DNA of 63,316 nucleotides, the filler included, from Octopus bimaculoides (lineage: Eukaryota): assembly GCF_001194135.2 (NCBI RefSeq). It is 5 parts of 5 records of this genome, joined end to end, with 100 filler letters (N's around TTAATTAATTAA, not from the genome) between each part and the next. Parts side by side here need not be neighbours in the genome. Positions count along the whole stretch, not along the records: positions 41,999 to 54,211 come from NC_068983.1; positions 54,312 to 60,978 come from NC_068998.1; positions 61,079 to 63,316 come from NC_068982.1; 2 more parts are not named here. One strand, written 5' to 3'. The position numbers were made by a program, and so were the translations under genes. Positions within the stretch are counted from its first letter, which is position 1. Every line of letters begins with the position of its first letter. A model generated the notes under the pieces. It did not search any database. It was given only the letters and a program-made list of their open reading frames with translations, and was not told the DNA's origin. Positions 49,026-62,388 of the stretch are shown piece by piece.

Positions 49026-51094
49026 CATATAATAATTTAAACAAAAATTCATGATGCTAATGTGATGATTGAGACATATAAAGATCAAACTAGATCAGTT
49101 TTTATCTTTCAGATTTATATGAAAATCAGTAAAATATTTCTATGCTTTAATGATTGGTGCTTGATACTGGGGTTTTTTTATGGATTAAATGCATGAGAAG
49201 TTAATCTTTCCCTTTGTAAGTCATGGCATGTAATATTTTTAGATAACCTAGTACCTATTCCTGTCAGCAAGGGAATTGAGACAAATAGAATTAAATGTAC
49301 ACTCAAATGCTTTGCAAAAAAATATATGGTCTGGTACTTTAATATTCCTTCATTCAGACATTTCAGTGATGCAACTATTTTATTTGTATCATAATGTAAT
49401 TATCTGTAATATATTGGCATTCATTCCACTGTGTATTTAGTAAGATTAATATTTGAATAAATACAAGAAATTCAAAGCACTGGATTAAATGTGTTACAAC
49501 ATTCCTTTCAATTCTGGTGTTCAGAAAAGACATTTTTGAATTGAAATCAGTTCTTCTCTTTAACTCTCCAGCATCAATGTAATAAGCACTGCCACTTTAC
49601 TAGAATAGATTCAATTAACTATTCATTTTTCCTTCAAAATCTGACTGGTGCTTAATATAAAGAAACTAATATTTTGATCTGTGAAGTAGCTAGCACCTGA
49701 GATATAAAAAAAGAGGAAATTTCAAATAAGTTGAGACTGTTGGTATAAGTTTACTTTACTTATGCTGCTCATGCCTTGGAAGATGTCATAAACATCACAA
49801 CAGCTCAAATTCTTTCATTTCCTAAAATACAAAGCTTTTGAGTTATCTCCAAGTTAAAGTTAATATTGAAATCTATGATGGTAAAAATCAAAAATGATAT
49901 ACCATAAAATGACATATCCAACAGCTATGTATTTACCTTCTGACTTCAACATTTTAATTTAGTCCATGTGCAAAAAAGCCAAAAGTGTATTTTCTATTTA
50001 AATTTCAGAAACATTTAAAGTTTCAGCTTTCTCATTTCTTAATTTAAATCCTATCTCTTTTTTCTTTACCTTACTTTTACTTTTCATCCTCTTGTCAAAG
50101 GGGAAAAAAACAAGTACTAGTAATATACTGAGACTATAGAGTGGCTGTCAATACAATCAGCTGTACCTCACCCAGCATAGAAACACCACTTCCTTTTGTG
50201 TATTATTAAACATAAGTCAATATTATAAGTGCAATAGTTTTGCTATGCATGTGCAGCTTTCCTGTGTGTCTCACTTCCTTCTACTGCTCTTATGCTGCTT
50301 TCTCAACACCCTTCTTTCCTCCCACAATGTTGTCATATACTTTGATGTGTGTGTATGTATGTATGTGTGTGTTTTGGGATTTGCACACGATGCTGTGACC
50401 TCATCAGTCTGTAGATGACAGCATCTTTGGTGCTAGACCAAGTGTTGTAAAAACTCTTTAGTGTGAGTTGTACTACCTAAACCTTAGTACTGTTCTCAAT
50501 TTTGAACGTTTGTCTTCTGTTCTTGCTGTGATTCTTATCCTGTTTTATGAACCTGTAAACATACAGATAGTTATTTATTTCCTTGCTTATCTGTTTCTTG
50601 TTTGTTTCAGTGTATAGTTATTTTGTTGAAGAGCCAATGAAATATGTAACTTAGAATACATTCTCGTGTGTGCATGTGAACACACACGCACACACACACA
50701 TACACACACACACACACTGATAGCATTATTGAATAGCAAATATCCTTCTCAATGAACAGAGCTTATGGCCTGGTTTCCATATCCAGTTTTACTGATTCCA
50801 CTTCATTTTCACTGTTGAAGTGTCAGATATGTCAGACATAATAACTTATCATCATCATCATCATCATCATCATTATCATCATCATCATCAGTAGGTGTTA
50901 AACTGGTGATGATGATGATGATGAAAATAACTTTCTTGTTCTCCCCTACCTGAATCTATCACATCATGCATCATGCCTGTATATATAATAGATCATCTTT
51001 ATTACCAATTAGAAACTATTAATGATGTTACAAAATTATTATTTTGTTATAATAACAGCAACAATAACAACAACAATAATAATAATAATAATAA

Positions 51095-51420
51095 CAGGAT
51101 CAAAGAGAAAGTAGAAGAAAAATTGAACAACTACGACAATTTGAAGTGGGAACTGCGAAGGTTGTGGTCAATGAGGAGAGTAGACATAATACCAATAGTA
51201 ATTGGTGTATTTGGAAGTATCAGCACCCAATTACCAACTTGGCTGAAAAAGATTAGTACAATTGTAAAGGTTGAACATCTACAAAAATCAGCATTGCTTG
51301 GAACTGCAAAGTAGAGTTCTTGAAGCATGACCAGTAAACAAGTGTCACGTTAGTCTGCTGGCTGTGGACAGCTGACACTTTCCATCATACCCACCAAAAT
51401 AAGCTGAGAGTTTCATCATA
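51095..51420 (+). mobile_element. RLE-type non-LTR element C-terminal fragment
   Basis: EKLNNYDNLKWELRRLW..IIPIVIGVFG..LQKSALLGTA. Confidence 0.8.
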
Positions 51421-51436
51421 ATGATAACAATATATA

Positions 51437-51478
<42 letters not shown>

Positions 51479-54400
51479 GTTGTTGTTATTGTTATTATCA
51501 TTTCTAGTAATTGTAATACAGAATTTGTTTATTTATATATGTAATTATAATTAATCAAAGGACATACTAAGTATGTCTACCTGCTGGAAATAATAGTCAA
51601 AACTCTTATTTGAATCACCGAAATAACAGTCATTCTCCTGAATTATTTGATCCATATATGTAATCATAGTAACTATTTTATATTTAAAATTTGTATTTAA
51701 AGATATTGTTAAAGGGGTGAGTTTAGAGGGGTTTTTTATAAACCAGTAAAGTTGATTCATAACTGGCAAGAGCATTAATTCCTAATTTATATAATTTTTC
51801 AAGATGAAGAATGAGTATCATGGGTTCTAGAAATACTAATTTATGGTAATCTGGCTAGATAATAGAGAAAAAGTGTGTAGATATATAAAACTATAGTTAA
51901 TTTGTCATATGTAACTGTTTTTTGTTAATTTTCATTAGCTGGTCACCTCAGGATTATTAATGAAACTAAAGTAAATTAAATATTATTTAGAGTGTGCATA
52001 TAGCCAAGATGACAAAATACTTGATAGTGAATGTCTATAACAAAGCAGTATAATTTTTCTCATCCACTTAATAACCATGGAAACTAGAGATATTCATTAG
52101 TCTAGTGGACCATGGAGATTCCTGAGTGGAAATAACAATAACGATAATAATAGCATATCGGTTAATCTGCAGGGTTTACTACTGCAGTTCGTCCATGATT
52201 ATTGACACTCAAAGGGTTAACTACAATGAGATATGACTGTAGATTGTATGCTAGGCTATTCAAGAGTATTTAGTCATATGCTCTTACTTATTACCAGATG
52301 TAACAACATTAGTGCTACATGTCTTGATAAAAAAAAAGAACAGATTTCTTCTGGCAGTTTGTCAGCACCCCTACCCCACCCCTTCCTCATTTGGACTGGA
52401 TTTTTTTGTCTTACTGCTATCAACTTTACTGGGAATGTTCACTGCTGTATTTCTTATGGGTAGCAAGATCATTGCTAGCTGCATTACAGTCATAATGAAA
52501 TTTTGTCCTTCTGTGACCTTAGTAAGTAGCTGAATAGATATGATTAATGGTTGCCAAAGCATTAATAAATTATACTTAAGTTTGGAATTGTAAAGAATAA
52601 AAAGTAAAACAAATTAGTTAAAGAAATAAAATAGCAGTAAATGACTTTATTCAATGTGCCAAATGTAATAAGTAATGGTTTATAAATTCAAGTCATTTGA
52701 AATAGTATGAAATCTGTTTTTAAGATAGAACCATTTCTGTGAATCTTATTCAAAAATATTTCAATCAAATTTTTTATTAACTTGCCCACTTTACTTTCTT
52801 GTTGAACATTTTATTAATTATTTTTGTATTGTGATTTTTTTTTTACTTTTTAATTCTTTTCTTATTTGTGTATATAAATTATTTTTACGAGATATGGTTG
52901 TCTTTTTCTCATTTTCATGGTTTTGCTCAAACAGATAATTGAGCTTTTTATATATTACTGGATCTCTTACATTTATATGTTAATGCTTTTGTGGTTGTGT
53001 TTTCTTACTTTGCGGTGTATTTATGGTTGGCAATTGATACTGAGTTTTCATTAGTTAATGTTGGTAACCAATCAAAAATGCTATTTACCAGATTTAGTAC
53101 ACAGCTTTTTGTCTATTTGATTGGTAATTACTTTATAAAATGTTGTTCATCTTGGTGACTGTCAAAATCTGATGATGTCATTTCTTTTCCATTTTCTTTA
53201 AAATTTTATAAAATTTATTTTCTCCTAAATAGCTGAAGGAAATTCAAATTCCTTCAAATTAATTATAATCTTCAACACATAACAGCTTATTAAAAATGTA
53301 TGCATACATAATATATATAAGTAATTTTTAAAAAATATTACTTTTCATTTATATTCTACTTGAGTTCTGGTTCTCCTGCAATGACACTATTTTAGAGCTG
53401 GACAAATAATTTAGTTAAACCTAATAAATGTACAACACAGACAAATTTATTCACATTTTGTGAAAGAGAGAAGTGGATAATTTATTTCTTAAATTATTTT
53501 ATCCTCTAAGTCACAAAAAATATACACATATGTGTATACGTATGCATGTGTGTGTAAGAAAACAAAATATATCACCCCTATGACAAATCAGTTGATTGTA
53601 GGCACAACTTTAGAAGAAAATTTTCAAAATCCATTGCCAGCATCCCAGCAAAATCATATTAAATTTCAAATGACAAATGTAAAAGTAATGCTCTAAACTC
53701 AATGATTACCAGATTTGTGTGTCACCTTCTACATTCAATTCATTTCTTGAAAATTATCCAAATTCCAGAAGTATTTCATCCTTTTGGATATTTTTAAGCA
53801 TATAGGTCTCTGTATGCAAAGCATAACCACCATTCCAGATAAGAAGTATTGGTCCTACATGTGGGATGGTGCTGTTGCTACATACAGACATCCTAGACCA
53901 CTCTACTAATTGCAATTCAATTACTATTAGAGTTGCTACAACCCCTCTCCCACAGGTATACTGTCTTATCTCTCTGTCTTTTTTATCGCTATTGTTATAG
54001 CCTTTGTTTTTCAGAGCTGGCTGGTATTGTACCTCCACCACTTGGGCACCCACATCCCACTCATCTTTTCACCCCTCATCACTCTTAGTGCTTCCAACCT
54101 CTCAGCTCTCCCTATACTAACCATTATACCCAGTCCTTTCGCTCTAGAACACCAGCCCAACGAAATCGTTTTGTTGCCCATAGTTTTCCTGCAGGTATCG
54201 ACCTAAAACAGNNNNNNNNNNNNNNNNNNNNNNNNNNNNNNNNNNNNNNNNNNNNTTAATTAATTAANNNNNNNNNNNNNNNNNNNNNNNNNNNNNNNNN
54301 NNNNNNNNNNNGAAAGCGGACGTTAAACGATGATGATGATGATGATGATGATGATGAAAGTTCTAATATGGTGCAATCTTTTATAGATAATAGCTAGTCA

Positions 54401-54629
54401 CTATTTTACACTGCTCTCTCATTATAGTCAACAATGTCCACTGAAAGTGTCTTATTAAACAACTAATATCTGAAAGAAAGATACATAAAGTTAATGGCTT
54501 AAATTTTTTACAGTAGATCTTGCATCATAGAACTGACTGGGTGAGGTATATAAATAAAATTCCTCATAGCTACAATTATTTAAGCATTTTGGAATGAAAA
54601 ACTATAAATTTTTTTATTCTTTGTTTTAG

Positions 54630-57600
54630 TGCATATGACTACTCAGTCCCTTCTAAAGGAAAATTGCTAGCCAAAACAGATCTCCAGATAGCTTTACCTG
54701 ACGGCTGTTATGGAAGAGTGGGTAAGTTATAAACTAATTGTATTGACTTTGTTTCACTTGTAAAATATTACCTACTAGCAGAACCCATAAATATTTCACA
54801 GAATTAACAGTAAACTTATTGAGTTATTTCTGAAAACTCTATCCAAAAAACCTGAAAGCATAGCCTATGTTGTGTCTATCAAAAGATAGTCGCTTATCTG
54901 CTAATCAATGAAAAGTAAAGGAAATTGGAATACCATGATTACTTAATACACAGCACTCACTCTTTACCTTACTCTCTTTTTCTTTCTTTCTTTTTTTTTC
55001 ATTCTGCGCCTTACCCTTCAACTAATCAGTGAAAGCGTTACAGACAGGCTAAGTAACGGAGAAAAAAAACTTAGTTCCAAAAAAAAAAAATTACACATTT
55101 TGCCCGCCACCACCTCTCTCCCTCATCTCTCCTCCCCTCCCCCTTCAACTGATCATGTGAAAGCGTTGCAGACAGGCTGAGTAATGGAGGAACAAGCAGA
55201 ATTATAAGATGGAAGCAATTAAATGGTTATTTGAGCAAATGTCTAGATTCTAGATTTCCCCTCATTAGTGCAGCTCAACACAAATATTTTCAGACTGTTA
55301 TGCTTGTTTTAAATTACATAAGCAAATAACTCCTTTGTATACTTGGACCTGTTTTTTAAAACTAGTTGTTCCATTTCTACTTCTTTGATTATTTCCTGGT
55401 AGTAGGAATCACATTGAGCTGTTATAATGAAATCGTTGACCAAGTTCTATTGAAACCAATTTTTAGATTGAAAATTAAAAATTGAAAATTTTGTTTTTAA
55501 CTGTTGCTGGTGGTAATGGCTCAGTCATAGAATAATATGAATGTTTTTATTGATCACTCACCCAGATCAGAAGAGCTGGGGCTAGTTATTATCTACCTTG
55601 CTCTGCAACATAGCAAAATAAATATTAAGTTATGACAAGATAATGTGATCAGTATGAGGTGGCTTATTTTTATGTCAGTTTTGACCTAGTGAGTATTTTA
55701 CCTGATGAACTGTATTTTTATTTTGTAGCTCCTCGTTCAGGACTGGCTTTGAAGCATTTCATTGATGTTGGAGGTAAGTGTTTCTTCTGTATTACCATCT
55801 TGATATCAAATCAAAGTTGGTACTTGGTTACACACATTGTATTGACCACAGTCTGCTGGCCATGTAAGCAAAATTGGGTTATCATCATCATCATCATCGT
55901 CGTTTAACGTCTGCTTTCCATGCTAGCATGGCTTGGACGATTTAACTCAGGACTGGTGAAACCAGATGGCTACACCAGGCTCCAATCTGATTTGGCAGAG
56001 TTTCTACAGCTGGATGCCCTTCTTAATGCCAACCACTCCGAGAGTGTAGTAGGTGCTTTTACGTGCCACCTGCACGAAGGCCAGTCAGGCGGTACTGGCA
56101 ACGGCCACGCTCAAAATGGTGTATTTTACGTGCCACTTGCACATGAGCCAGTTCGACGGCACTGGCAATGATCTCACTCGAATGTCTTTACACGTGCCAT
56201 CTGGCACAAGTGCCAGGAAGGCTATGCTGGGCACAGGTGCCATTGACGGTTTCGCTTTCGCTTGCCCCAATAAGTCTTCGCAAGCCGAGTTTCGTTTCCA
56301 ATGAAGGAGACAACGTTGACTGATAGCATAATATGATTTTCTTGTATGGAAGTCCATATTTACATTTGTGTGATGAAAAGAGGTGGGAGTATGCATTTCT
56401 GAAGTTAATCAAACATCATGTTGGTGCTTCAAAAAAGAATTACAGCTGTCTTTGTTTCTCCTTTCAGCTGGAGTTATTGATCAAGATTACAGAGGAAACG
56501 TTGGTGTTCTTCTTTTCAATTTTTCTGAGACTGATTTCAAAGGTAGGTTGTATTTCTTTTTTCCATGTGATGACTGAAGTAATGACAATAAAGAAAAATC
56601 ATTTTATTATTTACTTTTCTTTATTTCCCAATATAACTAATCTTTCTGAAACTATTGAACTGGAGTTTTGTTTATTGGAACATTGAGCAGTGCCTGGTGG
56701 TCGTCAGTAGACCCTCCTGCTCTGGGAAGTGGAGGATCCCAGTATGCTTCACAACCACATGGTTTCAGGTTCAGTCCTAATATGTTGTACCTTGGACATG
56801 TATCTGCTATTATAACCCTGGGTTGACTGAGGTGTTAGTGGATTTGCTAGACAAACTGAAAGAGACTCATTGTGTGTCTTTGTGTCTATTCTTGACATTG
56901 CAAGGTAGTTGTATATGAGTTTTACTGTCATGCAAGCTGTGTCACGCATTTTCAATCTTCTTTGAAGACATGCCTGATCATGGGGGAAATACTACCTTGT
57001 ATAAAAATGTGAGGGTTGGTGACAGGTCGGCTATCCAGCTGTTGAAACACTCCTCCAATAAGCTCCATCTGACCCTTGCAAGCTTGGAAAAGTAAACACT
57101 AAGATGATGGTATTTCTATAAAAAAAAGAAAAAAAGGTTGTGTATTTACGGTTTGTGTCAGTACTGGACTACCGGTGTCGTCACAGTTTCAGCATCCATG
57201 TGCAGTTGATTTTATATGGACCGAATACATTTTATCGTGTCACCAGCATAAGAAAGGTTGTCTGCTAGGACTGAAATAAGCCCAGCATATTGTAGTGCAA
57301 AGTGATGTATGCATGAGCTGAGAGAGAGAAAAATTATACAACTATATTCAGATTCACTGAGTATAAGAGGAATCAGATGTATGAGATGACATGAAATATG
57401 TAGTGAAACTACCTATCGCCATTACATACAATCTTCTCATTTAAATATAAACAAACGCGGGCGTAGCGGAGAACCCATCTCCTTGTCATCACGTGACTGA
57501 TTAATATTTGAAGCGGCAACTTCTTCGAACCGTTCCCGCCAGAACGCAAACTGACCAATCACGACCCCTAATAAGGTCACGTGATAGAGTATTTTTCTGA

Positions 57601-60202
57601 AGCCTTCGGGAGCCGATAGTTTGTTGTAAATAGCTTTAACTCGGCGGCCAAATTTGTCTCGGTTCAGTTTCTCTTTGAGATCTGTTCCGNNNNNNNNNNN
57701 NNNNNNNNNNNNNNNNNNNNNNNNNNNNNNNNNNNNNNNNNNNNNNNNNNNNNNNNNNNNNNNNNNNNNNNNNNNNNNNNNNNNNNNNNNNNNNNNNNNN
57801 NNNNNNNNNNNNNNNNNNNNNNNNNNNNNNNNNNNNNNNNNNNNNNNNNNNNNNNNNNNNNNNNNNNNNNNNNNNNTAACCAGCATCAATCTCCACCAGC
57901 GTCTACACGACTTTCTATGTACACCAAACTAAACCACCGCGGCACATCTCTCTCTTCGATTCTGTTAGGTGACTCAGCTTCACCACGATAAATAAACAGA
58001 CAAGAGATCTCAGCCAGCGACGAACATCTGTATAACAAGAATCACGGCCCGGCATGGAAGCCACAACATCACAACTAGTGATCAGCCCTGCCACACTCAC
58101 AGCCTCAACTACTTTCACATACAGACTCTTCCTAGAAGTGTACTCAGAACTGGTATAAATGCTCACGGTTACTGACTCTTTCTATCTGCTGTAATATCTC
58201 ACATACACACTTTTCTTTGTACGACGGCCTGTCTTTGATTATGTTATTATATGTCGCATTCACACTCACACACAGACATACACCTTTAATGCCACAATAA
58301 ATATTTCTGTTATCCATCTTATATGGTTGTGGTCTTTCATTACTGGTCATCTATGTTATCGTAGTATAACATATCATGTATATTATCTTTGATATATAAT
58401 TTTGTGTTCGACCATGTGACACGTTTAAATAAAAGGAGTCCTCTGTTTTTCCATTTGTCACCATTTCTCCTTTTTGAGTTCGCACGGTCGTTCTTAGAAA
58501 TACCAAGCAGAAAAGGACAAATAGTAATAGTAAGGAGTAGTCTCATGGACTTTCGTCTAAGAGTGTGGGGATAGGCTCTTCCTCCTCTGGAGGGAGTCTC
58601 ACCAAGGACTGCCAACCTCTCTAATGTTGGTGTCACTGCCTATTCTGTAAAGCAATTGGCATTAGGGAAGACATCCAGCTGTAGAAACTATACCAAATTA
58701 TACATATGAACACTTAGTCTTTGGGAGTAGTAGTTCTTGGCAGGCGGCTACTTGGACTGTGATGTCTACTTGCCGTACTAACCTGGCAAGTAGACATAAA
58801 ACGGTGATAACGCCTTGCTGTAGATGAGTTAAGCATTGATTAATTGTTGGTGTAGGACGTGGGATTGCAGACTTCACCCAAAGAAAGTGATTGACTCGGC
58901 CAATATGATTCATTGTTGATTCATCATTATCAGTTTAATGTTCACTTTTCCGTACTTGCAGGGGTCAAATAGGATTTTGTTTGAGGCAGATTTTCTATGG
59001 TTGGGTTGCCCTTATTGTTGCCAAACCTCACTTTGTAAGGTAATATTTCCCCATTCCCAGACATGTTTTCACAGAAGATTAGGAACAAAAGACACTAATG
59101 ATAGTGGCATAACTCACGCTGTCTCTTAGTTACATAAAAAATAAATTCTGTTATGCTGTGGTGTTAGACCAGTGTTTTACAACTGGTGCGCCATGAGACA
59201 AAGCTAAGTGTGTCACAGTGTAACCTGAATATAATTTTTTTCCGTATACTTTTAGTTATATTTTTAGTTCCGGTATGCCACCGGATTTTGAAAAGAATAT
59301 AAATGTGCCGCAAGTGAAAAAAAAGGTTGCGGAGCACTGTGCTAGACCAATACCAGGAGTATATTGATCCAGCCTTTTAGTTTCTATGATAAGAAAAATC
59401 TTTTCTTAAGGTGTTAACATTGTTACATCTTACAATACTGACATGCTTTTGGATGAGTCATTATGACTGAAATCCATTCTTACACAATCACTGTCTTGCT
59501 AAATGAGTTGGAGAACAAGCAACGCATTCAAAATGTTTCATTTTCAGCTTTTTTTTTTTTTTTTTTTACAGTTGAATGCTTTTCCTAATACTAACCAGTG
59601 TTCTCAATGCATTTTATTGGGCCACTTGTATCAGAAGCTATCATCCCTCCTCACCCAACATTGTTTCTGCTTACTTACCACGTTACAGAGTGCCTTATAT
59701 AACTGATGGGCAGACAGTGTCTTCAAATATAGTCAGTACAGTTGGGATTGCTGTTCACATGTGTTTCTCTGATTCTAACATGCTACTCTGGAAACAAGAC
59801 CACAAAATTTAGCAGCTGCAAATCAATTACTTGTGTGAGACTAACTGACATGCTTTCAATATATCATAGGTGTATTATTTCTGAGTGAATTGTTTTTTTA
59901 TGCTTTAGTAAAAGTAATTGTTTTATTTGATGTTTTGTACTTCAGTCAACAAAGGGGACCGTATTGCCCAGCTAGTGTTAGAGAGGATATTCATTGCAGA
60001 TCTGGAAGAGTGTGTAGTAAGTTGGTTAACTGTTCTTTATTAAAATTTTCTTGCTCTATTATAGATTTTTTTTTTCTTTCAATATATTTTTGAGACTTGA
60101 TGTAAATCTTGATTTTGATTGTTTCCTTTTCCTTCTATTTTACAGAATTTGGATGATACATTGCGTGGCGAGGGAGGTTTTGGATCAACTGGTGGAAACT
60201 AA
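54630..60202 (+). CDS. DUT: dUTP pyrophosphatase (dUTPase), 5'-partial; exons 54630-54721, 55729-55773, 56468-56542, 59946-60016, 60146-60202
   Basis: (S)[112 protein letters not shown]: motifs 2-5 intact, all GT-AG, phases consistent; motif-1 exon not visible. Confidence 0.97.
55890..56310 (-). mobile_element. RTE-derived family D element in a dUTPase intron
   Basis: Same tail and subrepeats as 31425-31915. Confidence 0.85.
57460..58375 (+). mobile_element. CpG-rich, possible solo LTR in the large dUTPase intron (interrupted by a gap)
   Basis: Two TCACGTGA E-boxes, CCAAT, TATAAA (about 58154), AATAAA (about 58295), ends ...tataaca; no TSD found. Confidence 0.3.
59170..59339. mobile_element. 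hAT-type MITE
   Basis: CAGTG..CACTG termini; 8-bp TSD tgttagac/tgctagac. Confidence 0.8.
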
Positions 60203-60206
60203 TAAA
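60201..60206 (+). terminator. AATAAA polyadenylation signal overlapping the dUTPase stop codon
   Basis: AAC TAATAAA followed by a U-rich tract. Confidence 0.5.
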
Positions 60207-60754
60207 AGTGTTAAATTTTTGAACTTATTTTGTTTTTGTTTTTTTATGATAGTATCTCTAACATTCTGAATATTTATATTGTTGAAACTCTTGCACCATT
60301 GCAAGTTCTGGTTCTTAGGGAGTGCACCAGGTCAGTCAGTCTTGGCAATTGGTACCTGTACCTGTCTTGCAGTACCTGTACTGCAGATGGTGAATTGTTT
60401 TCACATAATATACACTCTTTTCATGCCTTGTCTTTGGGCCGTAACCATCACAAGCTTCTGTCCTGATATCCCTGACACAAATGTTTGAAATTCCCATTCC
60501 TGCAGCACCTGTATCCTTATATAATATGTATAGATGAGATATAAGACATTACTGTGATTAAAGAATTTTCTTTGCAGCCATGTGGTTACATGTTCAATTT
60601 CAGCTCCACTGCATGGCACCTTGAACAAGTGTCTTTTATAATCTTGGGCCTACTAATACTTTGTGAGTGGAATGAGTAGATGGAAACTGTAGAGGTGTGT
60701 GCATGTCTCTGCTTGATGATGGGTATTGGTTCATTCATGTCCCCATAATGTTCA

Positions 60755-60978
60755 TCATCATCATCGTTTAACGTCCGCTTTCCATGCTAGCATGGGTTGG
60801 ACGATTTGACTGAGGACTGGTGAAACCGGATGGCAACACCAGGCTCCAGTCCGATTTGGCAGAGTTTCTACAGCTGGTTTGCCCTTCCTAACGCCAACCA
60901 CTCAGAGAGTGTAGTGGGTGCTTTTACGTGTCACCCGCACGAAAACGGCCACGCTCGAAATGGTGTCTTTTATGTGCC
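60755..60978 (-). mobile_element. RTE-derived family D element, nearly identical to 31425-31645
   Basis: About 6 differences in about 215 nt; runs into a gap. Confidence 0.9.
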
Positions 60979-62346
60979 NNNNNNNNNNNNNNNNNNNNNN
61001 NNNNNNNNNNNNNNNNNNNNNNTTAATTAATTAANNNNNNNNNNNNNNNNNNNNNNNNNNNNNNNNNNNNNNNNNNNNAATGAAATAATAATACTTAAAA
61101 AAATGAATGAAAAATTTAAAATTTATATAACTAACAACATAAAAAGAACAAAAAACTATAGCTACCTTATAAAACATATTAATAAATTTTAAATTCTAAT
61201 ATATAATAAATTAATAATAAGACTAAGAGTCGTAAATTAAATAATATAATATTATGAAATAAGCTAAAATACTACTATTGATTTAGTCTTATAAAAACGT
61301 AGTGTCATTGTAATATAAAACCTTAAACTTCCTAAAATATTAACCTACCAATAAAAATAAAACTACTATATATATACATAAATATATATCTACACATACA
61401 CACATGTACCTACCTAAACATACATATAAATACAAATACACTCATATAAATAAATAAAGAATATTATATATAAATATACACTCCCACTCACCCTCCCATA
61501 CTCTCAAATATACATATTATATAGATACATATATACATATATATATAAAAATATAAGATATAAAATATATACACTCATATGTATACTCTAGTTTATACAC
61601 ACAAAAAATGTGCACCAGCATGACCGCAGCCACTTGGCTGAAACACATAAATAAATAAATATGTATACTCAAATGCACATACATATATATACACAATATA
61701 CATACACACACAAACATTTCATTCATATTTTTATTCTTACGTTTGTAGAAATAGACATTCTTGTATTTTTCTATTATACAATTGATTTTTAATGATAATT
61801 AAATAAACGTTTTTAGCTTTAAATAGTATAGCTTTAACTATTACACCGGTTAAATATGTACTAATTTTATCTTCATTATCATTTTAAACTTAAACTTCCT
61901 TCAAATTGTATTTAAAACAAAGATAATTTATGTAAGCTGTTTTTTGTATATAATATACATGTTATTATAATGGATGAAGGGGGGATTATTGAATGGTTAT
62001 TATTTTGATATTTTGATATTTTTAATAATTTTTTAATTTTTATAAAATAAGTATTTCATATTAATTCATTTGGTACTTATTGTTGGTTGAGATATATATA
62101 TCTAATTATTGTTCTACTTACGATCTGACGATTAGCTATATTTTTGACTAGAATTTATTTTCGATAATTTCAATTGATTTTAATCGATTTAAATTTCCTT
62201 TCTATTTGAAAATTAGTTATGAAACACGTGTAATCATTTTATTATATTTATCTTATGACATTTATTGTGCTTTTAATTGTTAATTTTTCGATATGTGATA
62301 GTGGATTTTCATTGATGAGTTCTTGAAACTTGGTTATTTTCCCTAA

Positions 62347-62388
<42 letters not shown>

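Noticed and set aside
54160-54211. AGIDLK resembling dUTPase motif 1 (AGYDL)
   Set aside because: Upstream residues do not match PTRGS..A, and the phase and donor needed to join 54630 are not visible before the gap
20753-61034. TTAATTAATTAA 12-mers embedded in four N-runs
   Set aside because: Identical placement in fixed-length gaps; an assembly marker, not biology
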